From assembly GCA_045133775.1 (NCBI GenBank), contig JBGUUU010000031.1, positions 1 through 45,212 of the forward strand: DNA of 45,212 bases, given 5' to 3'. The translations under genes were made by a program, and so were the position numbers. Origin of the DNA: Christensenellaceae bacterium. Lineage in GTDB: Bacteria; Bacillota; Clostridia; Christensenellales; Borkfalkiaceae. The notes beneath the pieces were generated by a model. That model did not search any database and was not told where the DNA came from. It worked only from the letters and a program-made list of their open reading frames with translations. This document shows positions 21,938 through 30,594 of the stretch, piece by piece. The stretch's first letter is position 1. Each line of letters starts with the position of its first letter.

Positions 21938-23353
21938 TTAACCGTTTAAAATTTGCTTTGCCTTTGTTTTTAACGCGTTTGCTTTAGAAGTGTCAATTCC
22001 GTCAAAATATGGGTATATGTCTGCCCAACCAACTCTTGTTATCAATGATATAAAGCTTTCGTTTGCAATCATACCAGAAGTTAAAGCAACAAACTCTTGC
22101 CCTTTGCCAAGCGACTTCTCGCCAAAGCTTAAAACGTTGGCAATTTTTATAAGGGCTTTATTTGCATAATTATTGCACTCCATAGAGTATTCTTCTGCTA
22201 ACTTTTGACTGTTTTGAGCCTCAAATATATCAATTATCGGCTTATAGGCAGACTTTTTATATCTATTCCACATATTTGAGCCAAGATTTTTTATAAGCGA
22301 TTCCGTTTCAGCAAGAAGAATTTGACCTTCTTTTTGAGCCTTTGCAAGCACGCCGTTCATATACTCAACTGCTTCTAATTTTTCAGATGCTTTTTCTGCA
22401 ATCTTTACTGCCTTTGACCTTAAAATTTCTGCTAAAGCATATCTAACTTCAAAGTTATCAGAGCTAAGGTCAGTCTTTTCAACTTCACCGTTTTCTATCT
22501 TTTCGCCACTTTTTAATTCTTCAAATCTGTTGTAAATTTTATAAAATCTTATATATTCTGCAGCAGCTTGTGGGTATTGAACGTATTGTGAAACGAATTG
22601 CTCCGTAACTTCAATTTTCAATCTTTCGTATTCACGAATTGCAGTTGACAAATCTTCCCAACCCCTTGGCGTTACAAAATAGAAACCGCTTGCAGACCTT
22701 TCTGCCTTAAATAAATATTGGTTATTAAGGGACAAGAACGATATTACTGAATCGTGAATTCCATTATTGTAGGCATAAGTTTTAAAAGCGTCGTAATCTG
22801 GTTCTACGACAATCTTTTTAACACGGTCTAACGTAACCATATCAAGCTCGTTTACAGATTTGTTGTATTCTTCAGGGTTACCTGCGGCAGTTAAAATCCA
22901 ACCGTCTGGTATTTTGTGCGGGCCAAACTTCTTTCTCTGCAAAAGCTCAAGCATTGCAGGGGCAAGCGTTTCTGAAACGCAGTTGATTTCGTCGATAAAG
23001 AGAATACCTTCCTTTTTGCCTTGCTTTTCAATAGCTTCGTAAACAGATGCTACGATTTCGCTCATAGTATATTCTGTAACAGAATACGTTTTTCCACCGT
23101 ATTCCTTTTGCGCAATAAACGGAAGACCTATTGCAGACTGACGTGTATGGTGGGTTATCGTATAACCGATATAACCAATATTGAGTTCGCTTGCAATACT
23201 GCTCATTATAGCAGTTTTACCAATACCTGGCGCGCCTATCAAAAACACAGGGCGCTGTCTTTCTTCTGGGATTACGTAATCGCCGTTTTCATCCTTTTCA
23301 AGGTATATTCTTATTGCTGATTTTATCTCGTTTTTAGCTTCTAAAATATTCAT
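21938..23353 (-). CDS. AAA+ ATPase, AAA_5/MoxR-CbbQ-like, with a ~200-aa helical C-terminal extension
   Basis: Walker A GAPGIGKT, Walker B ILFIDEIN, sensor region TAAGNPEEYN...LDRV. Sits 2 nt downstream of the vWA gene. Confidence 0.7.
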   Translation of the reverse strand: MNILEAKNEIKSAIRIYLEKDENGDYVIPEERQRPVFLIGAPGIGKTAIMSSIASELNIGYIGYTITHHTRQSAIGLPFIAQKEYGGKTYSVTEYTMSEIVASVYEAIEKQGKKEGILFIDEINCVSETLAPAMLELLQRKKFGPHKIPDGWILTAAGNPEEYNKSVNELDMVTLDRVKKIVVEPDYDAFKTYAYNNGIHDSVISFLSLNNQYLFKAERSASGFYFVTPRGWEDLSTAIREYERLKIEVTEQFVSQYVQYPQAAAEYIRFYKIYNRFEELKSGEKIENGEVEKTDLSSDNFEVRYALAEILRSKAVKIAEKASEKLEAVEYMNGVLAKAQKEGQILLAETESLIKNLGSNMWNRYKKSAYKPIIDIFEAQNSQKLAEEYSMECNNYANKALIKIANVLSFGEKSLGKGQEFVALTSGMIANESFISLITRVGWADIYPYFDGIDTSKANALKTKAKQILNG

Positions 23354-23355
23354 AA

Positions 23356-24648
23356 TTATTCCTCTATATTAACTCTATAAGCAAAGTGTGGGACGTTAAC
23401 TCCCTCATTTTCTCCTAAAATTGCAAAGCACGTTTTAAACGGTGGTGTTTCTCTTGGATAAATACCAACGCCGTCGGTAAAATAAATAAGCGCTTCTATC
23501 TTCTCTCCCTTTTTCTTTAAATGTGAAAGGTATTCAAACACAGGGCGAAAATCTGTTCCACCGCCACCTTGCAACCTATAATCTTTTAGCATTTCGGCAA
23601 ACTCTTCAGCAGATACGACAACGTCTTCTCGCTGAATTTTTAAATCGCATTGAATTATTCTTAGCCTATACTTTTTATTCTCGGTTTCCATACTCTTTAA
23701 AAGAGAATAAACTTCTTTCAAAAGCCTTTTTATAGGCTCGCCGTCTGTGCTGCCTGACGTATCGACTGCAATTACGATATCTGAATAATCTCTCTTGTCG
23801 CTATACTCAAGATTTTCAACTAGTGGCACGTTGCCGTAGGTTTGCAAGCCTAAACAATAATATATATAATCAAACTCTTCATCGCTAGGCTTTATTATCT
23901 CTCTTCTTCGTAAAAAACTCTTAAGAAGTGATTTATAGTTACTAGCTTCGCCAACCGCCACAGATATAATTCTTTTTAAATTTGGATTGAGTTTTCCAAT
24001 TCTAGGGTAAAGGTTTTTTGCAACGGCGCTCCATACGGCGTTCATCTCATCCAAGTCTACTTCATCTTGCATATCGCCAAAGGCAATATTTACGTCGCTT
24101 TGCGACTCATCTTCTTGCCCTGCGCTTTCTCTACCGTGCCAAACGCTATGCTCACAAACCTTAAACACAGCATTGAGCTCTTCTATTTTTTCTTTTTTAA
24201 GCGCCTTGCAATACTCAAAGCAAAACGATTCGTTTATATTGCCAAAAAGGTCAATAATCGCCTTATAAGCCGATTTTCTAACTTCTTTTGAGCTTCTATC
24301 CCCGTGTGAGTAACCCAAATCGTCAAGCACGAATCCTACTAAAATATCACACGCTAGGTCATACGCTTTTTCGTTATCTACCCTTTTAAACGGATGCAAA
24401 AAGATGCAATGCAACAAGGTGTGAAGTATAACTGCTTCAACGTGTTTTACACCCTTTTCGGCAGTCACTTTAACGACGTCTAGTTCGTTTAAAACTGCCA
24501 CTTTTCCGTTTGTAAAAGCTAAACCATCTATCTTACTAGCCTTATAATCTAGCAAGCCCAAGGGGTAAGCAAGGTAGAAAAACTCTGAGCTTAATTCCTT
24601 TAACGCATGCGCTAAAATCTCGTTAGAGAGCTCGGTTATCTTATCCAT
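23356..24648 (-). CDS. DUF2201-type protein: N-terminal metallopeptidase-like domain (HTLLH in place of HExxH) plus C-terminal vWA domain
   Basis: ILHTLLHCIFLHPF at aa 74-87. MIDAS DTSGS at aa 296-300. GGGGTDF and FTDG motifs typical of the DUF2201 vWA-like domain. Confidence 0.65.
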   Translation of the reverse strand: MDKITELSNEILAHALKELSSEFFYLAYPLGLLDYKASKIDGLAFTNGKVAVLNELDVVKVTAEKGVKHVEAVILHTLLHCIFLHPFKRVDNEKAYDLACDILVGFVLDDLGYSHGDRSSKEVRKSAYKAIIDLFGNINESFCFEYCKALKKEKIEELNAVFKVCEHSVWHGRESAGQEDESQSDVNIAFGDMQDEVDLDEMNAVWSAVAKNLYPRIGKLNPNLKRIISVAVGEASNYKSLLKSFLRRREIIKPSDEEFDYIYYCLGLQTYGNVPLVENLEYSDKRDYSDIVIAVDTSGSTDGEPIKRLLKEVYSLLKSMETENKKYRLRIIQCDLKIQREDVVVSAEEFAEMLKDYRLQGGGGTDFRPVFEYLSHLKKKGEKIEALIYFTDGVGIYPRETPPFKTCFAILGENEGVNVPHFAYRVNIEE

Positions 24649-26009
24649 AATCTCTTCTCCCTTATAACGTCAGCATCGTTTTTAAGCTCTTCGCTAAGCC
24701 TATCGTAAACAGACTCATCAGACCTAACTGCGTTTACTGCAATCTCTTTTATTTTCTTAAACTCTTCGCTCAAATAAAAATAATTCCTACCGTCACGCCT
24801 ACAAGCTATAATTGCTTGCTCGTAGGTTAAATTTATATTCAAGCCGTCTAAAATTGCGCCGTCTGCAAGCTTTACGATATAACTTTCTAAGCAAGCCGTA
24901 ACGAACTCTCGCTTATTTATATAATCAGTATTTTTAACAACCTTTAATATAGTGCCATCTGCCTGCGCTGCAAGCATCATAACTTCTTCATCATTTAAAT
25001 ATTGAGCGTAATTTTCTTTAAACCTTGCCATTGCAGTAGGCGATTTGCGCCTTAATGACCTTACAAGATAAAGCCTTGCGTTTTTATCGTCAACGTCTTT
25101 TGCGCCAACGCCACGAGTTGCCTTTAAAAGTAACGGCAACACCCTAACCTTTCTGTTTTCTGAAGCAAATTTTACTTCCGCTAAAATTGCGTTATGTGGA
25201 AAACTGTATTTTTCTATTATAAGACCAACCATTTCTACGTCTTCTAAAAGCACGTATTTTCTAAGCAAGTCCGCCTTTTTGAGCATATTACCTTCGCCAC
25301 ATTTAAGACAAACTAAAAGCTTATCTCTATCTAAAGTTGAAAAATCTAAATTTTGAGCCGAAAAGCTAAAGGTTAAACCCCTTCTTTCGATTTCATCAAA
25401 CACGCCTTGCGGAGTGTTATTTGTGAGCGATACAATTCTAAATCGCCCACCGATAGGCGCTATAACCTTTTCAAAAATAGCCTTGCTTTTAAACGCGTCG
25501 TCCGAAGCGTATATAAGCGCAGTTCTATCTCTATTTGCAGCCTGCAAAACAACAGACTCTAAAGAGCGAACTCTACTAGAAAAATACTTGAGCGCTTTAG
25601 GATTGCGCGTTACTGCTATTTTTGCAATATACTCATCATCTAAAAAGCTCTCGTCTAAAAGCTCGATAGTTTCGCCACCGCGTTTTGCAACTGCTTCGGC
25701 TACAAGAACACTCTTTTTAGCCCTGCCGTGAGCAAAAGCAAAGCTAGCGCAAAAGTTCTCTACAGCACTTAAAACCACCGTTTCGTTCTCTCTAAGTTCA
25801 TCATCCAAAAAGCGCAAAGCCCTACCGTCGGATTTTACGCACGCAAGAGCAACGTCCACGTCTTTTTTAAGCTCTTCACTAGCAATAAGATAAAGGGAAG
25901 GATTTCGCTTTACAACGGCTAAAGTAATCTCCTTATCGGCCTGCAACTGCTTGTCAAGCTCGTATCTTTCAGTTAAATAATTCAGTTGTCGTATACTAAG
26001 ATTGTCCAT
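24636..26009 (-). CDS. DUF4116-repeat protein
   Basis: 457 aa with recurring units of the form AV..n..aL.y.s.eLk.D.e.v..A, for example LAVVKRNPSLYLIASEELKKDVDVALACVKSDGRALRFLDDELRENETVVLSAV and IAVNAVRSDESVYDRLSEELKNDADV. Its stop overlaps the vWA gene start by 13 nt. Confidence 0.55.
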   Translation of the reverse strand: MDNLSIRQLNYLTERYELDKQLQADKEITLAVVKRNPSLYLIASEELKKDVDVALACVKSDGRALRFLDDELRENETVVLSAVENFCASFAFAHGRAKKSVLVAEAVAKRGGETIELLDESFLDDEYIAKIAVTRNPKALKYFSSRVRSLESVVLQAANRDRTALIYASDDAFKSKAIFEKVIAPIGGRFRIVSLTNNTPQGVFDEIERRGLTFSFSAQNLDFSTLDRDKLLVCLKCGEGNMLKKADLLRKYVLLEDVEMVGLIIEKYSFPHNAILAEVKFASENRKVRVLPLLLKATRGVGAKDVDDKNARLYLVRSLRRKSPTAMARFKENYAQYLNDEEVMMLAAQADGTILKVVKNTDYINKREFVTACLESYIVKLADGAILDGLNINLTYEQAIIACRRDGRNYFYLSEEFKKIKEIAVNAVRSDESVYDRLSEELKNDADVIREKRLWIR

Positions 26010-26099
26010 ATTTCACCAAAAGTCGCATTGCTTGCAAACAACCGACAAAACGTTAGACTATTTATAGTCTAAAAGCTTAGGATTTTTTTGTTACCTATT

Positions 26100-26128
26100 A
26101 TTATAACAAATTCTCGCCTATCTTTCTA
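26100..26128 (-). promoter_or_regulatory. Candidate promoter of the DUF4116-vWA-AAA-ABC operon
   Basis: Minus strand: TAGAAA, 17-nt spacer, extended -10 TGtTATAAT (26108-26100). The 5' UTR contains the palindrome TTAGACTAT-TT-ATAGTCTAA (26053-26072). Confidence 0.4.
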
Positions 26129-26175
26129 CTGTTTTTAAGCATATTTTTAATTTTTTATAAATTTTCTCTTTTGCA

Positions 26176-26213
26176 TTAAAAAAGCGTGAGCAAACTTTTG
26201 TTTTCTCACGCTT
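26176..26213 (-). terminator. Terminator after rluD
   Basis: Minus strand: AAGCGTGAG-N14-CTCACGCTT followed by TTTTTAATG. Confidence 0.6.
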
Positions 26214-26217
26214 ACGT

Positions 26218-27126
26218 TTATTTAGTTTTTTTATCTAATATGTTTAATACGTTTACAAAATAGTCTGGCATTGGGGCGTTAAAACTCATTCTCTCACCAG
26301 TTGAAGGGTGTGTAAGCTCTAACCTTTCAGCATGCAAAAGTTGACCTTTAAGCCCAAACTTATCAACCTTTGTGTTATACACAGGGTCGCCTACGATTGG
26401 GTGACCTAAATGCTTTGAATGCACTCTTATTTGGTGTGTCCTACCTGTTTCAAGCTTAAACCTACAAAGAGTGTATGCTCCGTATCTTTTTATAACTTCA
26501 TAGTGCGTTATAGCCCGTCTTCCGTCACTCGTAACTGCCATCATAGTTCGATTTTTTTGGCTTCTACCAATAAAAGTATCAACCGTGCCTTTATCGCTTT
26601 TAAGCACTCCTTCTAAAAGAGCAACGTAAATTCTGCCACAGGTTTTATCTTTTATCTGCTCTGAAAGTGAAAGGTGCGCCCTGTCGTTTTTTGCAACGAC
26701 TAAAAGCCCCGACGTATCTTTATCTATTCTATGAACAATGCCCGGTCTTAAAACGCCGTTTATACCACTTAAACTATCCAAATGATAAAGCAAAGCATTG
26801 ACAAGCGTTGAGCCGTGAACACCGTTACCAGTATGCACGGTAAGCCCTTGGGGTTTATTTATAACTGCTATATCGCTATCTTGATATACGATATCAATCG
26901 GTATGTCTTCTGCCTTGGTAGAAAGCTTAACTGCATCTGGGATTTCAATCTCCACAACGCTGTTTACCTTTAAACTTTCGCCCGCCTTTTTAGGAACTTT
27001 ACCATCGATTTTAACCTTGCCGTCATCGCACAGCTTTTTTATAGCAGAACGTGTTTTTTGTGTTTTTTCGGCTAAAAAAACGTCAAGCCTTTGCTCGGTT
27101 TCTACCGAAAAACGCAAAATTTCCAT
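26218..27126 (-). CDS. rluD: RluA-family 23S rRNA pseudouridine synthase (RluD-like)
   Basis: N-terminal S4 domain; catalytic HRIDKDTSGLL motif. Confidence 0.88.
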   Translation of the reverse strand: MEILRFSVETEQRLDVFLAEKTQKTRSAIKKLCDDGKVKIDGKVPKKAGESLKVNSVVEIEIPDAVKLSTKAEDIPIDIVYQDSDIAVINKPQGLTVHTGNGVHGSTLVNALLYHLDSLSGINGVLRPGIVHRIDKDTSGLLVVAKNDRAHLSLSEQIKDKTCGRIYVALLEGVLKSDKGTVDTFIGRSQKNRTMMAVTSDGRRAITHYEVIKRYGAYTLCRFKLETGRTHQIRVHSKHLGHPIVGDPVYNTKVDKFGLKGQLLHAERLELTHPSTGERMSFNAPMPDYFVNVLNILDKKTK

Positions 27127-27755
27127 CAGTTTATATCTCCCTTTTCTAAAAGCTCGTCTTTATTTTTTAAGTTACCTTTATTTTCTTCTAAAGTTTCATC
27201 TGCAACGTCGACGCTTTCGCCTTCTTCTTTGCTTGGTTGCTCTTTCTTTTTAAACCTAAAAACAGCGTCTTTATCAAGAAACAAAAGGTCAAACATTAAC
27301 ATACACGCGCCAACAACGAGAGAAACGTCTGCCACGTTAAAGATATAAGGGAAATATTCTACGCCCTTAATTTCAATGATAACATGTATCATATCTCTTA
27401 CGTATGCGCCGTCGCCAAAATTGATAATTCTATCAATAAAGTTACCAAATGCGCCTGCCAAAATTAAAGCTAAAGTAACGTTTCTCCACTTACTTCTATT
27501 TTTAGATACTGCTATATAAATAAAAATACCAATTAAAATTATGCTCGTAGAAATTATAAACATATATTCTGGGCTTACAATCTTGTCGAATATGCCCATC
27601 ATTCCATCTCTATTTTCATAATAAGTGAACTCTAAAAAGCCGTCGATTACGGTTTTTACAGTTACTCCGTCAACCCCACCTGCATAGTAGCACGCAAGAA
27701 GTTTTGTGAGTTGATCTAAAAGTAATGAAAATATAAAAATTACAACATACCACAT
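27126..27755 (-). CDS. lspA: Lipoprotein signal peptidase II with an acidic C-terminal extension
   Basis: FNVADVSLVVG motif; four TM segments; the last ~45 aa are a K/E-rich tail. Confidence 0.8.
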   Translation of the reverse strand: MWYVVIFIFSLLLDQLTKLLACYYAGGVDGVTVKTVIDGFLEFTYYENRDGMMGIFDKIVSPEYMFIISTSIILIGIFIYIAVSKNRSKWRNVTLALILAGAFGNFIDRIINFGDGAYVRDMIHVIIEIKGVEYFPYIFNVADVSLVVGACMLMFDLLFLDKDAVFRFKKKEQPSKEEGESVDVADETLEENKGNLKNKDELLEKGDIN

Positions 27756-27820
27756 TTTTCTTCTCCTAGTAGCGTATTATTTTTATAAAACGGCACGCTA
27801 TAAGCCGTTTATTGGCGATT

Positions 27821-29269
27821 TTAGTTTAACTTCTCGCCCTTTCTAATCCTATCGAGCATATCGTGTTTTAACTCGTATAAACCATCGGATAGGTCGACCT
27901 TGTAAATTTCAGGTTGGTCTATACGCTTATATTCATCCCAAAAACTATCCATTTCAGTTTTTGCATATGTAGCTATATCTTTTACCTTTGGCATATCTGC
28001 AACGAGCTTGCCGTTTTCTATAATACATACAGGAAGCTCTCTTACAACGTAATCGGTAAAAGTAGTCTTCTTCCATCTCTCGATTGGATGATAAAGTGTC
28101 AACGGCTTTGTAAAATCAAACTGCTCGTCTTTTAAAGCGATAAGGTCTGCTTCTGCCTTGCCTGTCTGCTTATTATAAACGCGATAGAAAGTTTTAAAGC
28201 CAGGATTTGTAATCTTTGCAGAGTTATCAGAAACTTTTATTTTAGGAATAATTTTACCGTTTTCAACAACGCCTGCAAGCTTATAAACGCCACCGAGCGA
28301 AGGCATATCCGCGCTTGTGATAAGCTTTGTTCCAATGCCCCAAATATCTATTTTTGCGCCTTGAAGTTTTAAGCTTTGAACAAGCCTTTCATCTAAATCG
28401 CCAGAAGCGCAAATCTTAACGTAATCGTAACCTGCTTCATCAAGCATTTTTCTTGCTTTTTTAGTAAGATAAGCAAGGTCGCCAGAGTCAATTCTAATTC
28501 CCACAGGGCGCTTGCCTTCTTTAACCATTTCGTCAAACACCTTTATCGCGTTAGGAATACCACTCTTTAAGGTATCATAAGTATCAACGAGCAAGATAAC
28601 TGCATCTGGGTAAACGTTTGCATAAGCTTTAAAAGCTTCGTATTCGCTTGGGAAATTCATTACCCAACTATGCGCGTGCGTGCCTGATACTTTTACGTCG
28701 AACATCTTACCTGCAAGCACGTTAGACGTAGAATTACACCCACCTATAATAGACGCTCTAGTGCCGTAAATACCTGCGTCTGGACCTTGCGCTCTTCTCA
28801 AGCCAAACTCCATAACGTTGTCGCCCTTTGCAGAATCACATATTTTAGCAGCTTTACTTGCAATGAGCGTTTGGTGGTTTAAAATGTTTAAAAGAGCCGT
28901 TTCGATAAGTTGCGCTTCGATAACAGGCGCTTTTACAGTTAATATAGGCTCGCCTGGGAATACCACCGTTCCTTCTGGAACAGCGTATATATCTCCAGTA
29001 AATTTCATATTAGAAAGATAACTTAAAAAGTCTTCCGTAAAAAGGTTAAGACCCCTTAAATAATCTATTTCTTCTTTGCCAAAGCTAAGATTTAAAACGT
29101 AATCAACAGCTTGCTCAAGCCCTGCAAAAAGCGAATAGGTTATCAAATTGTTGCGTCTAAAAAACACGTCGAATACGGCTACTTCATCCGTTTTGCCTTC
29201 GGCAAAATAACCGTTCATCATAGTAAGCTCGTATAAGTCCGTAAGTAACGTAAGATTTCTGTCTGCCAT
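27821..29269 (-). CDS. pncB: Nicotinate phosphoribosyltransferase
   Basis: 482 aa; N-terminal LLTDLYELTMMNGYF and the GTHAHSW motif. Confidence 0.9.
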   Translation of the reverse strand: MADRNLTLLTDLYELTMMNGYFAEGKTDEVAVFDVFFRRNNLITYSLFAGLEQAVDYVLNLSFGKEEIDYLRGLNLFTEDFLSYLSNMKFTGDIYAVPEGTVVFPGEPILTVKAPVIEAQLIETALLNILNHQTLIASKAAKICDSAKGDNVMEFGLRRAQGPDAGIYGTRASIIGGCNSTSNVLAGKMFDVKVSGTHAHSWVMNFPSEYEAFKAYANVYPDAVILLVDTYDTLKSGIPNAIKVFDEMVKEGKRPVGIRIDSGDLAYLTKKARKMLDEAGYDYVKICASGDLDERLVQSLKLQGAKIDIWGIGTKLITSADMPSLGGVYKLAGVVENGKIIPKIKVSDNSAKITNPGFKTFYRVYNKQTGKAEADLIALKDEQFDFTKPLTLYHPIERWKKTTFTDYVVRELPVCIIENGKLVADMPKVKDIATYAKTEMDSFWDEYKRIDQPEIYKVDLSDGLYELKHDMLDRIRKGEKLN

Positions 29270-29271
29270 AA

Positions 29272-29748
29272 TTAACTCTCTTTTGAATAATCTTTTAAAG
29301 TAGGAAGTGGCTCTGCATCCTTTTTAGCGTCTTCTGCCTTTTTTTCTGCTAAAATCTCTGAATAAGGCTTAAAATCCGGTTTTTCATCCGTTCTTTGTGG
29401 AACAAGCGAATTAGACTTAAGCAACGCTAAGAGTAAAACACCTAAAAGCAACATTGCTAATGCAATAATGAGAATGCCATACCATACGAGAACGCCTATT
29501 AAAACTACCACTACTGCAACTACGAGTAAAAGATAACCAATAGCAACTTCGTATCCACCCTTTGTAATTAAACCGTAAAGGGTAAATATACCGCCTATAC
29601 CAAAGGCAAATATCGTAAACCCAAGCTTAAGTGGTTTTGCAGGTATAACCTCGCAAAGTGCCAAAATAAAAAACACCACCATTGAAATAACTACTGCCAT
29701 TGCAAGAATTATTGCGCCTTTTAAAAGCCTTTGTTTTGTGTTTTTCAT
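29272..29748 (-). CDS. Hypothetical polytopic membrane protein with a K/E/D-rich C-terminal tail
   Basis: 158 aa; about four hydrophobic segments; 2 nt upstream of pncB; SD GGAGG. Confidence 0.6.
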   Translation of the reverse strand: MKNTKQRLLKGAIILAMAVVISMVVFFILALCEVIPAKPLKLGFTIFAFGIGGIFTLYGLITKGGYEVAIGYLLLVVAVVVVLIGVLVWYGILIIALAMLLLGVLLLALLKSNSLVPQRTDEKPDFKPYSEILAEKKAEDAKKDAEPLPTLKDYSKES

Positions 29749-29763
29749 TAAAAACCTCCAATT

Positions 29764-29781
29764 TTCTCTATTAATAGAGAA
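29764..29781. promoter_or_regulatory. 18-bp perfect palindrome between the promoter and SD of the membrane-protein/pncB operon (candidate operator)
   Basis: TTCTCTATTAATAGAGAA lies downstream of a minus-strand TTGTCT-17-TATAAT promoter and 8 nt upstream of the SD. Confidence 0.4.
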
Positions 29782-29865
29782 TTTTTTGTTTAGGCTATTA
29801 TATCACACAAAAATACAAAAGACAACAGATACGTTTGTATTTTAACAGTTTTTTATTAAATATTA

Positions 29866-29890
29866 AAGAAAAAAGCACCGCGCAGGTGCT
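29866..29890 (-). terminator. Terminator after the SSB-like gene
   Basis: Minus strand: AGCACC-tgcgc-GGTGCT followed by TTTTTTCTTT. Confidence 0.6.
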
Positions 29891-29898
29891 TATATCTT

Positions 29899-30594
29899 TT
29901 ATACAATTTCGGTTAAAAGCTCTTCGCTTAAATTTAAATTGCTTTCAAACTCTTCTTCTAAATCAAAGCAATCTACGTTATCTTTTGCCGCAAGCTTACA
30001 TATAGAAACTTCGTAAGCAGTCATTATTTTTGTTTCCGTTTCCGATATCTTTTTAGTATATTCTCTACTTTGAATTCTACCTGCTAGAGCAATTCGTTCG
30101 CCTACGGCAAGGTTTTTAACGAATTTTGCATTTCTTCCCCACGCTATGCAAGGGATATAGTCAGATTTGTTATACGCCCTATTTACAGCGATCAACACGT
30201 CTGATATTTCACGTGAAAAAGGCGTTGTTCTATAAACCGGTGGCTTACAAATGTAGCCAGATAATACTATATTGTTAGGATTTCTCGCGCCTGCATCTTG
30301 CAAAATTTCCCTAACGAAAACGGTGAGCATTAGCTTGCTCTTTCCTTCAATCAATTTGTTATAACTTCTAAATTGACCTATTGCGCATAAGGTATAACCT
30401 TTCTTGATCCCGTTGTTTTCAATAAGTCTTTCTGAAATGGTTACAGGCAAAACGTCTTCTTGCCCAGAAAGTCTTTTTACTGAAACGTCCATTTCGTAAA
30501 AGCCTTCGCCGTATACTTCGTGCGAAAATCTAGCATCGCTAGAAACCGTGCCCTTTAAAAATACTCTGTTGTTTTGCTTTTCTTCGTTAATCAT
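29899..30594 (-). CDS. SSB-like protein with two tandem OB folds and an acidic C-terminal tail
   Basis: There are two SSB-like units. The first is VFLKGTV...GQFRSYN...LTVFVREI. The second is IVLSGYI...IPCIAWGRNAKFV..LAVGERIALAGRIQSREY...AYEVSI. The tail is DLEEEFESNLNLSEELLTEIV. Confidence 0.55.
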   Translation of the reverse strand: MINEEKQNNRVFLKGTVSSDARFSHEVYGEGFYEMDVSVKRLSGQEDVLPVTISERLIENNGIKKGYTLCAIGQFRSYNKLIEGKSKLMLTVFVREILQDAGARNPNNIVLSGYICKPPVYRTTPFSREISDVLIAVNRAYNKSDYIPCIAWGRNAKFVKNLAVGERIALAGRIQSREYTKKISETETKIMTAYEVSICKLAAKDNVDCFDLEEEFESNLNLSEELLTEIV

